From positions 1-46,435 of the forward strand of contig JBHLOI010000028.1 of assembly GCA_048940645.1 (NCBI GenBank): 46,435 nucleotides of DNA, given 5' to 3'. A model generated the notes under the pieces. It saw only the letters and a program-made list of their open reading frames with translations. It had not been told where the DNA came from and ran no database searches. The DNA comes from Promethearchaeota archaeon. Its GTDB lineage: Archaea > Asgardarchaeota > Lokiarchaeia > Sigyniarchaeales > SOKP01. Positions 9,591 to 20,174 of this stretch are shown here, one piece after another. Position numbers and translations under genes: made by a program. How positions within the stretch are numbered: position 1 is the stretch's first letter; each line of letters begins with the position of its first letter.

Positions 9591-12500
9591 TTATTTCAAT
9601 TTTTCATATTCATTTGCTTTGTTAGTCAATCTTTTTACCTCTTTTGTCATATTAGTAACCCCTAATTTAAATATTTCAGATGCAATTTTAGAGGCATGCT
9701 TGTATTTCTGAGCCGCTTCGAGATAATTTTTCTTTTTCACTGCTAGTTTAGCTTCATTTTCAAATTGCTTCTTCTTAGTTGTTAAATCCTCTATCTTGGT
9801 TTTACGAGTTAATTCTTCTAACTGCATAAATTCTTTAGATAACTCCCAATTAGAAGCGATCAAAGCGGCCTCTTGGAAGATTTCAACGGATTTTTGATAA
9901 TTTTTCTTACTTTTTGCCTTTTTAGCCCGATTAAATAACTCCTTTATCCCGCTTTTAGCTTCTTTCTTATTGGCGATCTCAATAGTTCCAATTTTTGATT
10001 TGATAGGAGCAGAAACAATTTTCTGACGCTCAGTAATACTTGAAAGATAAGCTTCTCTTTCTACAGGACCCAACTGTGCCAAATCGTTTACTAACTTTTG
10101 TTTTTCTTCAGGTGAGAGTTTAGTTAATTGTGAAACCTTCTGATTAATTAGGTTTATCTCTTGTTGTGAAATTGGTTGTGCTTCAAGTGCGGAAATTTCA
10201 ATAGGAATTAACATTTTCTTATCCCTTAATTCTTTAATTCCCATAAAAATTTCAGCAGTATCTTTATTTGTTCTTTCTGAAGCCTCTTTTAATAATGTAG
10301 CTATAAAGAAGAATTGCCTATCAGCTTCTTCACAACAAGAATGAGCTATTTTTAATACCTCTCTTGAATGGGGATTCTTTAGCTCCTTGATACTCGAAAA
10401 ATCATATGATATTTGATGTGGTAAAATTATAGAAGTACTTAATAAATCGTCCACAATTTGACCAGAATTTCTGAAGTGAGCTAATTGGCCTCTCCAATTA
10501 GGTAAAACATCTTTATATGTTTCTTCATATACATTAATAAATTCCCTTAGGTTTCTTCGAAGGATTAATGAGGCTTTTTTAGTGAGAACTAATGCGATTC
10601 TGATATATTCACCATCTGCCAAAAGTAGCATTTTATCTCCATATGAAATTTCATTTAAAGCTTCTTGAGCAACCATTTCTCTACCAAATGAAGAAACAGC
10701 CGTCAAAAATCCACCTATCAATTCTGGGTCAATTTGTTCTGATCCATATGATTTAAAGTATACACATGTTCCAGTCTCTTTATATAAAACTAGAATGTGT
10801 TCTAGATTGATTGCATCGTCAAAAATTGTTTTAACTTCATTTAGAATTCGAGCTTTCTCTCTCTTTTTTGGAGCGATAACACCTCGCTGAATAGCTACAG
10901 CTCCAAGGATGCCAACTACGACAATTGCGGCTATTATTATGTAGGGCAGAAATTCTTTTAAATTTAGACCAGAAGGGGGTATTATAGTAATATCTGAAAT
11001 TTCAAGAGTAAATTCTTGATGATTATATGCACTACTTAATTGGATTGTTAAATTAAATGTACTGGTATCACTATAAGTTGGTATTGTAAATTCAATTTCT
11101 CCAGTACTATTAGTGGGATCTTCCTGAGATGTGCCAGCTATACCATTATAGTATGGAATTATTGTTATAGTTGAATCATTAATTGGTAACCAAACTGAAC
11201 CATTGAAATATTCTGCCTTGACGATAATTGTGAATGGAAGTCCTGCATTTACACTATCAGGCACTACAGCTGTTAAATTTGCTTGATATTTTCCTATCAC
11301 CGTTAAATTAAACATAAAATAAACTTCTTCATAATTAAGTTTGTTAACAGTAATATTTACTTCGTAATTTCCTATTGTTAAAGCTGGATTTGAGGTGGTA
11401 ATAAATCCCCTATGATTTTGGGATACGATCTGAAACGAGTTAGCAAGTGTACCATTATCTCCTGTATTAAGATTTCTATAGTAGACCGTATAAGTATCTG
11501 CTAAAGTAGATACTAATTTATTATTATTCTCCAAATCAGTTATATTTAAATCAACAGTAATATCACTTCCTTCAAAAATTGTGTAATTATAACCCGCTCC
11601 AATAGATTCTATTTGTCCTCCAGGATCAGAAACCGATTTTAAATCGATATCCGAATAATTGCCTCTAAGATAAAATGTAAAGTAGGACAAATCATAGCCA
11701 TAATTCGGAAACTTCGAAGCATTCACTTCTAAGGTATACCAACCGTAATTTTTATTTGTGAGACTAATATTTAGGTCATACCACCCGTTAGTTAGATTAA
11801 CTAATTCCCATCCAGGAGTCCAAATGATCCCTGTAGAATTATCTCTTACAACAATATTACTTTTAGTAAGTATTTCAATACCCCGATCGTTCGTTGTGTC
11901 ATTAAAGTAAAAATTAAAGGTTTGGTTTAATCCAGAATTCCTTGGTATCTCAGTAATCCATGTAGTACTTTCTATACGTGTTTGAATTATTTGTATATCA
12001 ACATTTAATTGAACTATTTGGGTTTCTGCACCAATTTTAGATACATTAAAAGTAAAGGATTGACTACCAACATCTACATCATCAGTATCTAACTGCATGG
12101 TATAAGTTCCATTTCCATAATCTTTTAGAAAAGGTTCAAAATTATAATCATCACCAATCACTTCCCAAGATGCTCCAATAATATAATTTAAATCTGTATC
12201 ATAATAATCAAAGGTATAAGACACATTTTGTCCTCTGATAATGCTACCTAAATTCGGGGAATTACTGGGATAAATATCCGTAGTAATTTGTCTATGAAAC
12301 GTATATATATCTGTTAGATTTACATAAAATGTTTCTGAGGCTGAGATTATAACATCAACAAATCCATAACTGGGGAAATCAGGATCAGCTACTCTTACAG
12401 TTAAATTATACCTTCCATTTCCAATGTATTGAACAGCCGTTGAATTGTAAGTAGAGCCTCCATCAAGACTGTATTCAACGGTTGCATCAGCAATCCCTTG

Positions 12501-14318
12501 ACTTAGTATGATGTCATTGTATTCTATAGTAATATTGAAATTCTCTCCTTTCAAAAATATTGAATTTTCAGGAGGACTAACAATACTTAAAGAAGTATCA
12601 CCTACAATAGTAAAATATGAATCTATAAAACCCGCTGCTGTATCATTATTCCAAAAGATTTGAGCTTTAAATACTCCATATTGAGTTGCATTATCAGATA
12701 TATCCCAATTATATACAAATAATTCAGTACCTGGAGATAGAGATACGTCTACTAAATTTGTATGGTTTAAATAGCGAGGAATTGAGCTATAAACGCTTAA
12801 ATTTAAAATGCCATTGTTTACAAATTCACTGAAACTTGTGTTGAATTCAATAACGTTTGAGAAATTAGCTATGTTTGTGGCAACGCCCCCGACATATGTA
12901 TTAATAGAACTAAGTAAATTTGTTGAGTTTGCTATCAAATACCAATTACTCCCATTACCAGCATTTAAAACTTGAACAAAACGATAACCATCTTTGATGA
13001 AATCTTTTTTAATGTCTATGCCTGGAATTTCAGTTTCATTAAATACTTTTATGGTATTTAAGATCCAAGTTGATGGAATTGTAAAGTTAATAGTGTTGAA
13101 ATCTGTAATTCGTGAATCAAAAAAGTTTAATCCTCCAGTTGCTGAAACATTCCACTGTACGTTATCACCAGAATTTAATATCTCAAAACTTGAATCAGCT
13201 AATAAGTTTGATTTCGTATAATTTATTTGAACATTAGTAACATCACAAGATACGTTCCACCATCCAGCTGATATTGTAAAATTCAACTCATTTGATGAAC
13301 TCGAATATGAATCAATCGGATGCCAATATCCTGATCCGTTAACATTACTATACCCCGTAACTTTTGTATCATTTATAGCTAATCCTATATGCTCTGGATT
13401 TGGAATGTTATTGATTGGACTTAAATCCATTTCTAACCTAAAATCAACTGTAGCGGAACCGCTTACCAGATTTGACGTTAAAACCCAACCACCACTATAA
13501 GAATAGCTATAAGTTTCATCTATCCCATCACCAAAAGCAATATCATCATCAACATAATACCAAATAGTATCCGCACCAGGTGCTCCACCATCAAATAAAC
13601 CAATAAACCAAGTTTTATTAAATGTGATTGAATTATTTAGAAATTGGTGGACATTATTAACAGAGAAAGTTCCTGTTGTAGAAGCTGGTACATTAAACGT
13701 ACCTAATGCAGTAAGATAGTCCGTGGATGACGTACCATAAGGCATGTTTTTATTACCATCCCATGTTGAATTATATAATACAACAGTTACGGTTGATTGA
13801 GCAGTTGCGTGAACATTTCTGACGTAAAAAGAAACGTTTTCTAAATATCCATCACCTAAAACTCGAAAAGAAGTAGCTGAGGGATTAGCATTATCAAAGT
13901 TATCAGCATTATCCCAAGCATCATCTTCAACTATCAATGTCTTATTAGGAGCGTAGATATTGTCAATAGATACATTAATAAATGATGTTGAATACCCATT
14001 AAAATCGGGAAATGGTTCAGAAAAGCGATTTGAGATATCTAAATCAGTGAATTGCTTAGTAGTAGTATCAATTAAAGATTGGTGTAGTGTAACATTCATT
14101 TGTTCACCAGTTCCATCAAAATCTAAAGATTCAGCTAATTTTGGTAATATTTCAATGCAATCGTTTTCCTCTCTGAAAACATCATTTTCGTCTGTATATA
14201 ACTTATTATTTAAACCTGAAACTAGAATATTTTTCACTAAAGTTGGCGTAACCATTCCTAAAAACAAGAGAAGAACTACTACTATCCTTTTAGTTTTATT
14301 AAAATTAGATTTTTTCAT
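9591..14318 (-). CDS. Large type I membrane protein: signal peptide, ~1100-aa beta-rich glycosylated ectodomain, one TM helix, cytoplasmic longin-like + wHTH + tandem MIT/TPR-like domains
   Basis: MKKSNFNKTKRIVVVLLLFLG signal (ATG at 14318; the track uses TTG at 14327). Many N-x-S/T sequons and GNGxY-type Ig-like strands. TM LPYIIIAAIVVVGILGAVAI followed by KKREK. Longin-like LEHILVLYKETG...IDPELIGGFLTAVSSFGREM. Confidence 0.8.
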   Translation of the reverse strand: MKKSNFNKTKRIVVVLLLFLGMVTPTLVKNILVSGLNNKLYTDENDVFREENDCIEILPKLAESLDFDGTGEQMNVTLHQSLIDTTTKQFTDLDISNRFSEPFPDFNGYSTSFINVSIDNIYAPNKTLIVEDDAWDNADNFDNANPSATSFRVLGDGYLENVSFYVRNVHATAQSTVTVVLYNSTWDGNKNMPYGTSSTDYLTALGTFNVPASTTGTFSVNNVHQFLNNSITFNKTWFIGLFDGGAPGADTIWYYVDDDIAFGDGIDETYSYSYSGGWVLTSNLVSGSATVDFRLEMDLSPINNIPNPEHIGLAINDTKVTGYSNVNGSGYWHPIDSYSSSSNELNFTISAGWWNVSCDVTNVQINYTKSNLLADSSFEILNSGDNVQWNVSATGGLNFFDSRITDFNTINFTIPSTWILNTIKVFNETEIPGIDIKKDFIKDGYRFVQVLNAGNGSNWYLIANSTNLLSSINTYVGGVATNIANFSNVIEFNTSFSEFVNNGILNLSVYSSIPRYLNHTNLVDVSLSPGTELFVYNWDISDNATQYGVFKAQIFWNNDTAAGFIDSYFTIVGDTSLSIVSPPENSIFLKGENFNITIEYNDIILSQGIADATVEYSLDGGSTYNSTAVQYIGNGRYNLTVRVADPDFPSYGFVDVIISASETFYVNLTDIYTFHRQITTDIYPSNSPNLGSIIRGQNVSYTFDYYDTDLNYIIGASWEVIGDDYNFEPFLKDYGNGTYTMQLDTDDVDVGSQSFTFNVSKIGAETQIVQLNVDIQIIQTRIESTTWITEIPRNSGLNQTFNFYFNDTTNDRGIEILTKSNIVVRDNSTGIIWTPGWELVNLTNGWYDLNISLTNKNYGWYTLEVNASKFPNYGYDLSYFTFYLRGNYSDIDLKSVSDPGGQIESIGAGYNYTIFEGSDITVDLNITDLENNNKLVSTLADTYTVYYRNLNTGDNGTLANSFQIVSQNHRGFITTSNPALTIGNYEVNITVNKLNYEEVYFMFNLTVIGKYQANLTAVVPDSVNAGLPFTIIVKAEYFNGSVWLPINDSTITIIPYYNGIAGTSQEDPTNSTGEIEFTIPTYSDTSTFNLTIQLSSAYNHQEFTLEISDITIIPPSGLNLKEFLPYIIIAAIVVVGILGAVAIQRGVIAPKKREKARILNEVKTIFDDAINLEHILVLYKETGTCVYFKSYGSEQIDPELIGGFLTAVSSFGREMVAQEALNEISYGDKMLLLADGEYIRIALVLTKKASLILRRNLREFINVYEETYKDVLPNWRGQLAHFRNSGQIVDDLLSTSIILPHQISYDFSSIKELKNPHSREVLKIAHSCCEEADRQFFFIATLLKEASERTNKDTAEIFMGIKELRDKKMLIPIEISALEAQPISQQEINLINQKVSQLTKLSPEEKQKLVNDLAQLGPVEREAYLSSITERQKIVSAPIKSKIGTIEIANKKEAKSGIKELFNRAKKAKSKKNYQKSVEIFQEAALIASNWELSKEFMQLEELTRKTKIEDLTTKKKQFENEAKLAVKKKNYLEAAQKYKHASKIASEIFKLGVTNMTKEVKRLTNKANEYEKLK

Positions 14319-14545
14319 GCTTATCAAATGTTAATTACTAATTTTTTAGTCTAGCGCAAACTATAAATATTAAATTTATAATCGTGCAAGATCAATTTAA
14401 AATTTCTTATATTTGCATATTTTCTTATTGAATATAGCATTAGGATATTATCTCAATTAATTTTCTACATGCAAAAGTACAAATTTGTAAATTTTGGTTA
14501 ACGAAAAAATGAATCTAATTTACCATAAAATAATTGAATAGTTTT

Positions 14546-15250
14546 TTACTCTTCGATGTCTGGTTTCTTTAAAATAATTCTAGCATCAACACAAACTAAT
14601 CCTTTATCATAGATAAATACAGGATTTAAATCCATCTCATTTATTTCTTCATGTTTTGTAACAAGGTTAGATACTATTAATAAAGTTTCAACTATGGCAT
14701 TCAAATCTGCTTTTGGTTTTCCACGATATCCATCCAAAATTGGGAATCCTTTAATTTCATGTATCATTTCTTTAGCATCATATTCCGTAATAGGCGCAAT
14801 TCGAAAACTAACATCCTCCAGTAGCTCTACTAATATACCACCAATCCCAAACATTAGCGCAGGACCAAATTGAGCATCCGTAGTCATACCTATTATCAAT
14901 TCTGTAATAGGTTCATCTGCCATCTTTTGGACTGAAATCATTTTTTCCTTTTGTGAAGGAATTTGCATTAGATCATCGAAAGCTTTTACTACTTCCGCTT
15001 CAGAGTTTATATTAAGTTTAACAGCTCCAGTATCAGACTTATGTACGACATCTTCTGCTATTAATTTCAAAACTAAAGGAAATCCAATGTCTTTTGCGGC
15101 AGAAATAGTCTCTTCTTTTGAAGAGGTTAAACGATGGTTCGGAATTGCAATACCTATTTGCTTCAACAATTCTTTAGATTCAAATTCTGTGAGAATAGTT
15201 TGATTAGTTTCGAGTTTCTCTTTAAAAAACTCTTGAATATTCATTACCAT
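14546..15250 (-). CDS. ADP-forming acetate/acyl-CoA ligase beta subunit (ATP-grasp)
   Basis: EFESKELL, GFPLVLK, HKSDTGAV, FGPALMFGIGG, EMDLNP, DARI. Confidence 0.92.
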   Translation of the reverse strand: MVMNIQEFFKEKLETNQTILTEFESKELLKQIGIAIPNHRLTSSKEETISAAKDIGFPLVLKLIAEDVVHKSDTGAVKLNINSEAEVVKAFDDLMQIPSQKEKMISVQKMADEPITELIIGMTTDAQFGPALMFGIGGILVELLEDVSFRIAPITEYDAKEMIHEIKGFPILDGYRGKPKADLNAIVETLLIVSNLVTKHEEINEMDLNPVFIYDKGLVCVDARIILKKPDIEE

Positions 15251-15378
15251 TATCTCTTAAAAAATTAAGAATATAGAAGTTTAATGTAAATTAAAATTTT
15301 AAAAACAATTTAAAATTAATGAAAAGAATTAAAAAAAAGTAATCTATTATTTTTGCAAGTAGAAAAAAATCCAGAACT

Positions 15379-16461
15379 ATGACTAAAGAAGAAAATATTG
15401 GAATTTTATTAAAAAATTTTGTAGAATCCCAAAAGGAAATAGAAATCGCTTTTGTATATTCACATCAAGGACTTCTATTATCTAAATATGGTAATATAGA
15501 AAAAAGAATGAATAATGAACAAGAAGTCGATGAAATCTATGGTGCATTGACAGCTCTAGTTGAAAACTTATTAGATAAAATATCTTCAGAATATAAGATA
15601 GGATTTTATGGGAGCGGTTCATTTGAAACCACAGATCATAGGATTGTTTATCTTGAGGCAGGTCCAGAAGCAATTTTACTTTTAATTTGTAGCTATAAGA
15701 TAGATTTAAATAACTTATTTCCAATTGCTTATCTTGTTGTTGAGAAGATTGCTCAATTGTTAGAAGATAGTTTTGATTTTAACTATAATACTTTAGAAAT
15801 TCCAGATTTGAAAATTCATGAAAATATCTCTGTGAGTTTAGATATGTATACTTTAACAGAATCAAGTAACTTAGTTGATGGAGTAAAAGCAGTCCATCAA
15901 ATGAAAAAGGAAGAGAATGTAGAAAAACTATTTAAACTTATTGTATTGGGTTCCAAAGCAGTCGGAAAGACTACTCTTATTAATAGATTTTTGAAAAAAG
16001 AAGTCATTATAGATTATCGTCCTACTTTAGGTATTTCTATCTCAACACAGAAATATTTTGTCCAAGGATTTAAGCAAGATGTTGTAAAGTTTCTTATCTA
16101 TGATTTTGCTGGACAAGAATTCTTTAAACGTGTTAGACATGAATATTATAAAGGAGCTAAATGCGCTTTTGTAGTATATGATGTTACTCGACGTGAAACT
16201 TTTGAAGATGCGTTAAATTTTTGGTTAAAAGATGCTCGGGAGGAATTAGGTAATTTACCAATCGTACTTATAGCGAATAAAATAGATTTAGAGGAACAGC
16301 GAATAATCTCCAAAGAAGAAGGTTTAAATAAAGCTCACGAACTTAAATGTTCTTTTATTGAGACATCCGCATTACATAACATTAACGTTCAAGATACCTT
16401 TAAATTAGTAGGAATAGGGCTCTTCTTCAAATATATTGAAGAAAATAGAATAACTCACTAA
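15379..16461 (+). CDS. Roadblock/LC7 (MglB-like) domain fused to a Rab-like small GTPase
   Basis: N-terminal roadblock pattern (IEIAFVYSHQGLLL...GALTALV...IVYLEAGPEAILLLI). G1 GSKAVGKT, G2 YRPTLG, G3 DFAGQE, G4 NKID, G5 ETSA. Confidence 0.88.
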   Translation: MTKEENIGILLKNFVESQKEIEIAFVYSHQGLLLSKYGNIEKRMNNEQEVDEIYGALTALVENLLDKISSEYKIGFYGSGSFETTDHRIVYLEAGPEAILLLICSYKIDLNNLFPIAYLVVEKIAQLLEDSFDFNYNTLEIPDLKIHENISVSLDMYTLTESSNLVDGVKAVHQMKKEENVEKLFKLIVLGSKAVGKTTLINRFLKKEVIIDYRPTLGISISTQKYFVQGFKQDVVKFLIYDFAGQEFFKRVRHEYYKGAKCAFVVYDVTRRETFEDALNFWLKDAREELGNLPIVLIANKIDLEEQRIISKEEGLNKAHELKCSFIETSALHNINVQDTFKLVGIGLFFKYIEENRITH

Positions 16462-16493
16462 GCTAATTTTAAAAAATAAAGTAAAAATAAAAG

Positions 16494-19358
16494 TTATTTC
16501 CTAGCTTTTATACCTTTCTTCTTTCTTAATCTCCATTTACGAACTTCGTCAACAACAGACACACTAAAAGCTCCTATAATTAGGGTAATCCAATAATAAG
16601 GATGAAACAGTGGAACAATATGAAAAGCTAATCCGATGGGAGTGTAAAGAATTAGCAATTGCAATCCAAGAGAAAGTCCTGTAGCCCAGAATAAATGTTT
16701 ATTTGGAAATAAATAGAATGGTTTTATATTGGATGTGCAAGTATAGACAAATAACAATTCACATATTACCAGATTAGTAAATATGATTGTCTGAGTTAAT
16801 GATATTGCATAGAAATTCGCATCTGGCCAAAATGCTGGATCGATAATAGTTGGATCAAATCCTGCTAATCCAGGAAGTCCAGCATTAGCCCAAGCAGGAA
16901 TTAAAACAGTCCATAAAAGTAAGTATAGTGTAATATCAGTTATTGATGTATATATACCAAGAAGTAAAACGGGTCCTTTAATTTCTGGGAGCAATGTAAA
17001 TCCTTTGCGCGGCTCTTCTTTCATAACATCAGGATCCGTGGGTGTTAAACCAAGAACCATAGCAGGTATGCCATCTGTCGCTATGTTAAGCCATAAAATT
17101 TGTATTGGAACAACTGGAATCGCTAAAAATACAAAAGGAAATAATTTCATAACGATATACGCTGCAAGTATTAAAAATATCTCGTCAAAGTTAGTACTCA
17201 ACATGTAACGGAAGAAACCTTTAGTTGTTTCAAATATTCCTCTTCCTTCTTCAATAGCATTAACTATAGTAGCATAATTATCATCTATTAATATCATATC
17301 AGAAGCTTCTTGAGTTACTTCTGTTCCCTTTAATCCCATCGCAACACCTACGTGAGCACCTTTTACTGCTGGGGCATCATTCACTCCATCTCCAGTCATC
17401 GAAACTATTAAACCTAATTCTTTTAATCTTCTTAAAATCCTTAATTTATGGGCTGATGTAACTCTTGCAAAAACATCTACCGTTTTCACTTTCTCTTGGA
17501 GTATGTCATCACCCATTTCTTCTAATTCTGCTCCAGTTATTGCTTCAGGAGAATCTGTTAATCCTATTTCTTGAGCAATTGCTAATGCAGTAATTTTGTG
17601 ATCTCCAGTAATCATAATAGTTCTTATTCCGGCCATCCTTGCTTCCTCTATTGAGTCCTTAACTTCATCTCTTGCAGGATCTATAATTCCTGTTAAACCT
17701 AGATATATATAATCTCTTTCAATTTCTTCTTCTTGATAACCTTCATTTAATTGTTTATATGCAATACCCAATACTCTCAAAGCACTCCTTGCAAAATCTT
17801 CATTTTGTTCAATAATTTTATCCTTTACTTCATTAATTGGTTTTACAGCTCCGTTATAAATAGCTTGACTTGCATTTTCTAATAAAACATCTGGAGCGCC
17901 CTTAATTAAAGAATAGAGTGTATTATCGATCCTAACAACAACTGCCATCATTTTCCTATCAGAACTAAATGGGATTTCATCAATTTTTTCAGCTTTAGTA
18001 TCAAGTTTCATTTTCATTGCTAGAACTTTCATTGAAATTTCAGTTGGATCTCCAACAACATCAGTATTATTTGTTCCATCATTTCTAGGTGATACATTTG
18101 AATTATTACAGAACATGCAAACTTCTAAGAATCGTCTTAAATTTTCATTTATTTGTACTTGATTGTTCATATCATCAACGATTTTTCCTTCAATAGCATA
18201 ACCTACGCCTTCAACATTATATACTATTCCTCCGAGGAACACTTTTACAACAGTCATTTCATTTTTTGTTAAAGTCCCTGTTTTATCTGAACAAATTACA
18301 TTAACTCTTCCTAAGGTTTCTACAGCGGTAAGTTTTCTAACTAAGGCATTTCTATCTGCCATTTTTCTCATTCCAATACTCATTACTACTGTAATCACTA
18401 CAATAAGGCCTTCAGGAACAGCTGATACTGCTAAACTTATTGAAATTTCAAATGCTTCAATAATTTCGTTAACTTCAGTTGGTCCAAATGCCAATCCCTC
18501 TGTAATTATGATAATTAGTAGTTCAACTACGAACACTGCCGCACAAATAACTAATATTACTATTCCCAGTAATTTTCCAAATCTATTTACCTCTTTCTGA
18601 AAAGGACTAAGTTCAACTTTTTCTTCTTGCAAGCTTTCTGCAATTTTTCCAATCTCAGTGTTCATTCCAGTTCCAATAACTATACCTTCTCCATTTCCTC
18701 TAGTAATTATTGTATTCATGTATCCTAGATTGGTTCTATCTGCTAGAATCATTTTTTCATCTACAGGTTCTAGCTGCTTTTTGACAGGTTTCGATTCACC
18801 CGTTAATATTGCTTCATCTACATCTAGTGAAAACTCTTTATATAATCTAATATCAGCTGGAAATTTATCACCTTCCTCTATTAACACAATATCACCAGGT
18901 ACTAAATCTTCTACATCTATCTCCATTACCTTGCCTTCCCTACGCACTTTAGCAAAATGGGGTGCTAATTTTTTTAAACTCTCAAGAGATCTTTCAGCCT
19001 GATATTCCTGATAGAATCCCAATACAGCATTAACAATTAAAATTGCTGCAATTACTATTGCATCTGTATATTCTGAAGACCAAGCTTCAGCTCCAGGTTT
19101 AGATGATTCATAGATTCCTATAGCTATTGATATTATAATCGCAAAAATTAGTAGATATATTAAGAAATCTTTGAATTGACTAATAAAAATTTGCCAAGCC
19201 GTTTTTCCTTTTTCTTTAATCAACTCATTTTTACCATATTTTTCGAGTCTTTTTGTTATCTGAGCTTCAGTTAAGCCAGTTTCAGTTGATGTCTCTAGAA
19301 AATTTTCAACTTTTTCAGATGTTATTGCATGAGCATTAAGTTTTTTTATATCCATCAT
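16494..19358 (-). CDS. P-type ATPase, type IIA (Ca2+-transporting-like)
   Basis: TGES, PEGL, CSDKTGTLT, KGAP, MITGD, TGDGVNDAPA, STNFDE, LWLNIATDG. Confidence 0.95.
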   Translation of the reverse strand: MMDIKKLNAHAITSEKVENFLETSTETGLTEAQITKRLEKYGKNELIKEKGKTAWQIFISQFKDFLIYLLIFAIIISIAIGIYESSKPGAEAWSSEYTDAIVIAAILIVNAVLGFYQEYQAERSLESLKKLAPHFAKVRREGKVMEIDVEDLVPGDIVLIEEGDKFPADIRLYKEFSLDVDEAILTGESKPVKKQLEPVDEKMILADRTNLGYMNTIITRGNGEGIVIGTGMNTEIGKIAESLQEEKVELSPFQKEVNRFGKLLGIVILVICAAVFVVELLIIIITEGLAFGPTEVNEIIEAFEISISLAVSAVPEGLIVVITVVMSIGMRKMADRNALVRKLTAVETLGRVNVICSDKTGTLTKNEMTVVKVFLGGIVYNVEGVGYAIEGKIVDDMNNQVQINENLRRFLEVCMFCNNSNVSPRNDGTNNTDVVGDPTEISMKVLAMKMKLDTKAEKIDEIPFSSDRKMMAVVVRIDNTLYSLIKGAPDVLLENASQAIYNGAVKPINEVKDKIIEQNEDFARSALRVLGIAYKQLNEGYQEEEIERDYIYLGLTGIIDPARDEVKDSIEEARMAGIRTIMITGDHKITALAIAQEIGLTDSPEAITGAELEEMGDDILQEKVKTVDVFARVTSAHKLRILRRLKELGLIVSMTGDGVNDAPAVKGAHVGVAMGLKGTEVTQEASDMILIDDNYATIVNAIEEGRGIFETTKGFFRYMLSTNFDEIFLILAAYIVMKLFPFVFLAIPVVPIQILWLNIATDGIPAMVLGLTPTDPDVMKEEPRKGFTLLPEIKGPVLLLGIYTSITDITLYLLLWTVLIPAWANAGLPGLAGFDPTIIDPAFWPDANFYAISLTQTIIFTNLVICELLFVYTCTSNIKPFYLFPNKHLFWATGLSLGLQLLILYTPIGLAFHIVPLFHPYYWITLIIGAFSVSVVDEVRKWRLRKKKGIKARK

Positions 19359-19597
19359 AATAAGTTCAATTTCGATTTATATTAATTTGAACATAAAAAT
19401 AATAGTTTATAATGTAATTATTATCAAAACATTTTAGTTTTTGTTTTTATAACTTATAAAATAGAATACCAAAAAATCATTTAGATTTACAAAATATAGA
19501 GTAAGCACGCAAATAAATTTATTAGTTTATACATCTATTATTTGATAAATTTATTAAAACCTAATTTTATCTCTATATAAAAAAAAATTTAATAAAA

Positions 19598-20158
19598 ATG
19601 AGACCTTCAAGAGTTTTCAGATGGATTGTTCGAACGTTTTTGTTTTTACTCACTTTATCTATGACAGTAGTCTCAATTTTGGGAGCTCTATCTGCTGTGA
19701 TGATCCTTGGGAATATGAATGAAAATATAAAAATTCCGGCAAGCCCACCAAGTACTAATTTTAACATTACAAATCCAAGTAGTATGAACATTACTATTCC
19801 ATTTAATATTACCAACTCTGGATATTTTGATTTAACAAATCTACTTATTGATATTAAAATTTCTATGACTTTTGGAAATTCTTCTACCCCCACCAACGAA
19901 ACTACTAATACAGTTATTTTTGATAAAGCCCAAACTTTTCCAAACATTATGAGAGGTCAAACTTATTCAGGAGCATTTTTTGGCAATAGTTCAGATTTTA
20001 TAGTGGCTAATTTTCCAAATGCTACAACTGAAATTGATTGGTTCAGAACACCTGTTTTAGAATTTTATGGAAATTTCACAATAAGTGCTTATTATTCTCT
20101 AGATTTAATTGCTTTTACTTTTGGGATAAATAATGTTACACTAGGAACATTTCCATAA
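19598..20158 (+). CDS. Membrane-anchored glycoprotein with a LEA_2/WHy-like beta domain
   Basis: One N-terminal TM helix, ITIPFNITNSGYFDL motif, dense N-x-S/T sequons. Confidence 0.6.
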   Translation: MRPSRVFRWIVRTFLFLLTLSMTVVSILGALSAVMILGNMNENIKIPASPPSTNFNITNPSSMNITIPFNITNSGYFDLTNLLIDIKISMTFGNSSTPTNETTNTVIFDKAQTFPNIMRGQTYSGAFFGNSSDFIVANFPNATTEIDWFRTPVLEFYGNFTISAYYSLDLIAFTFGINNVTLGTFP

Positions 20159-20160
20159 TA

Positions 20161-20166
20161 AGGAGG
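20161..20166 (+). promoter_or_regulatory. Shine-Dalgarno site AGGAGG
   Basis: Lies 8 nt upstream of the ATG at 20175 in a 16-nt intergenic gap. Confidence 0.75.
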
Positions 20167-20174
20167 AGTTTAAA

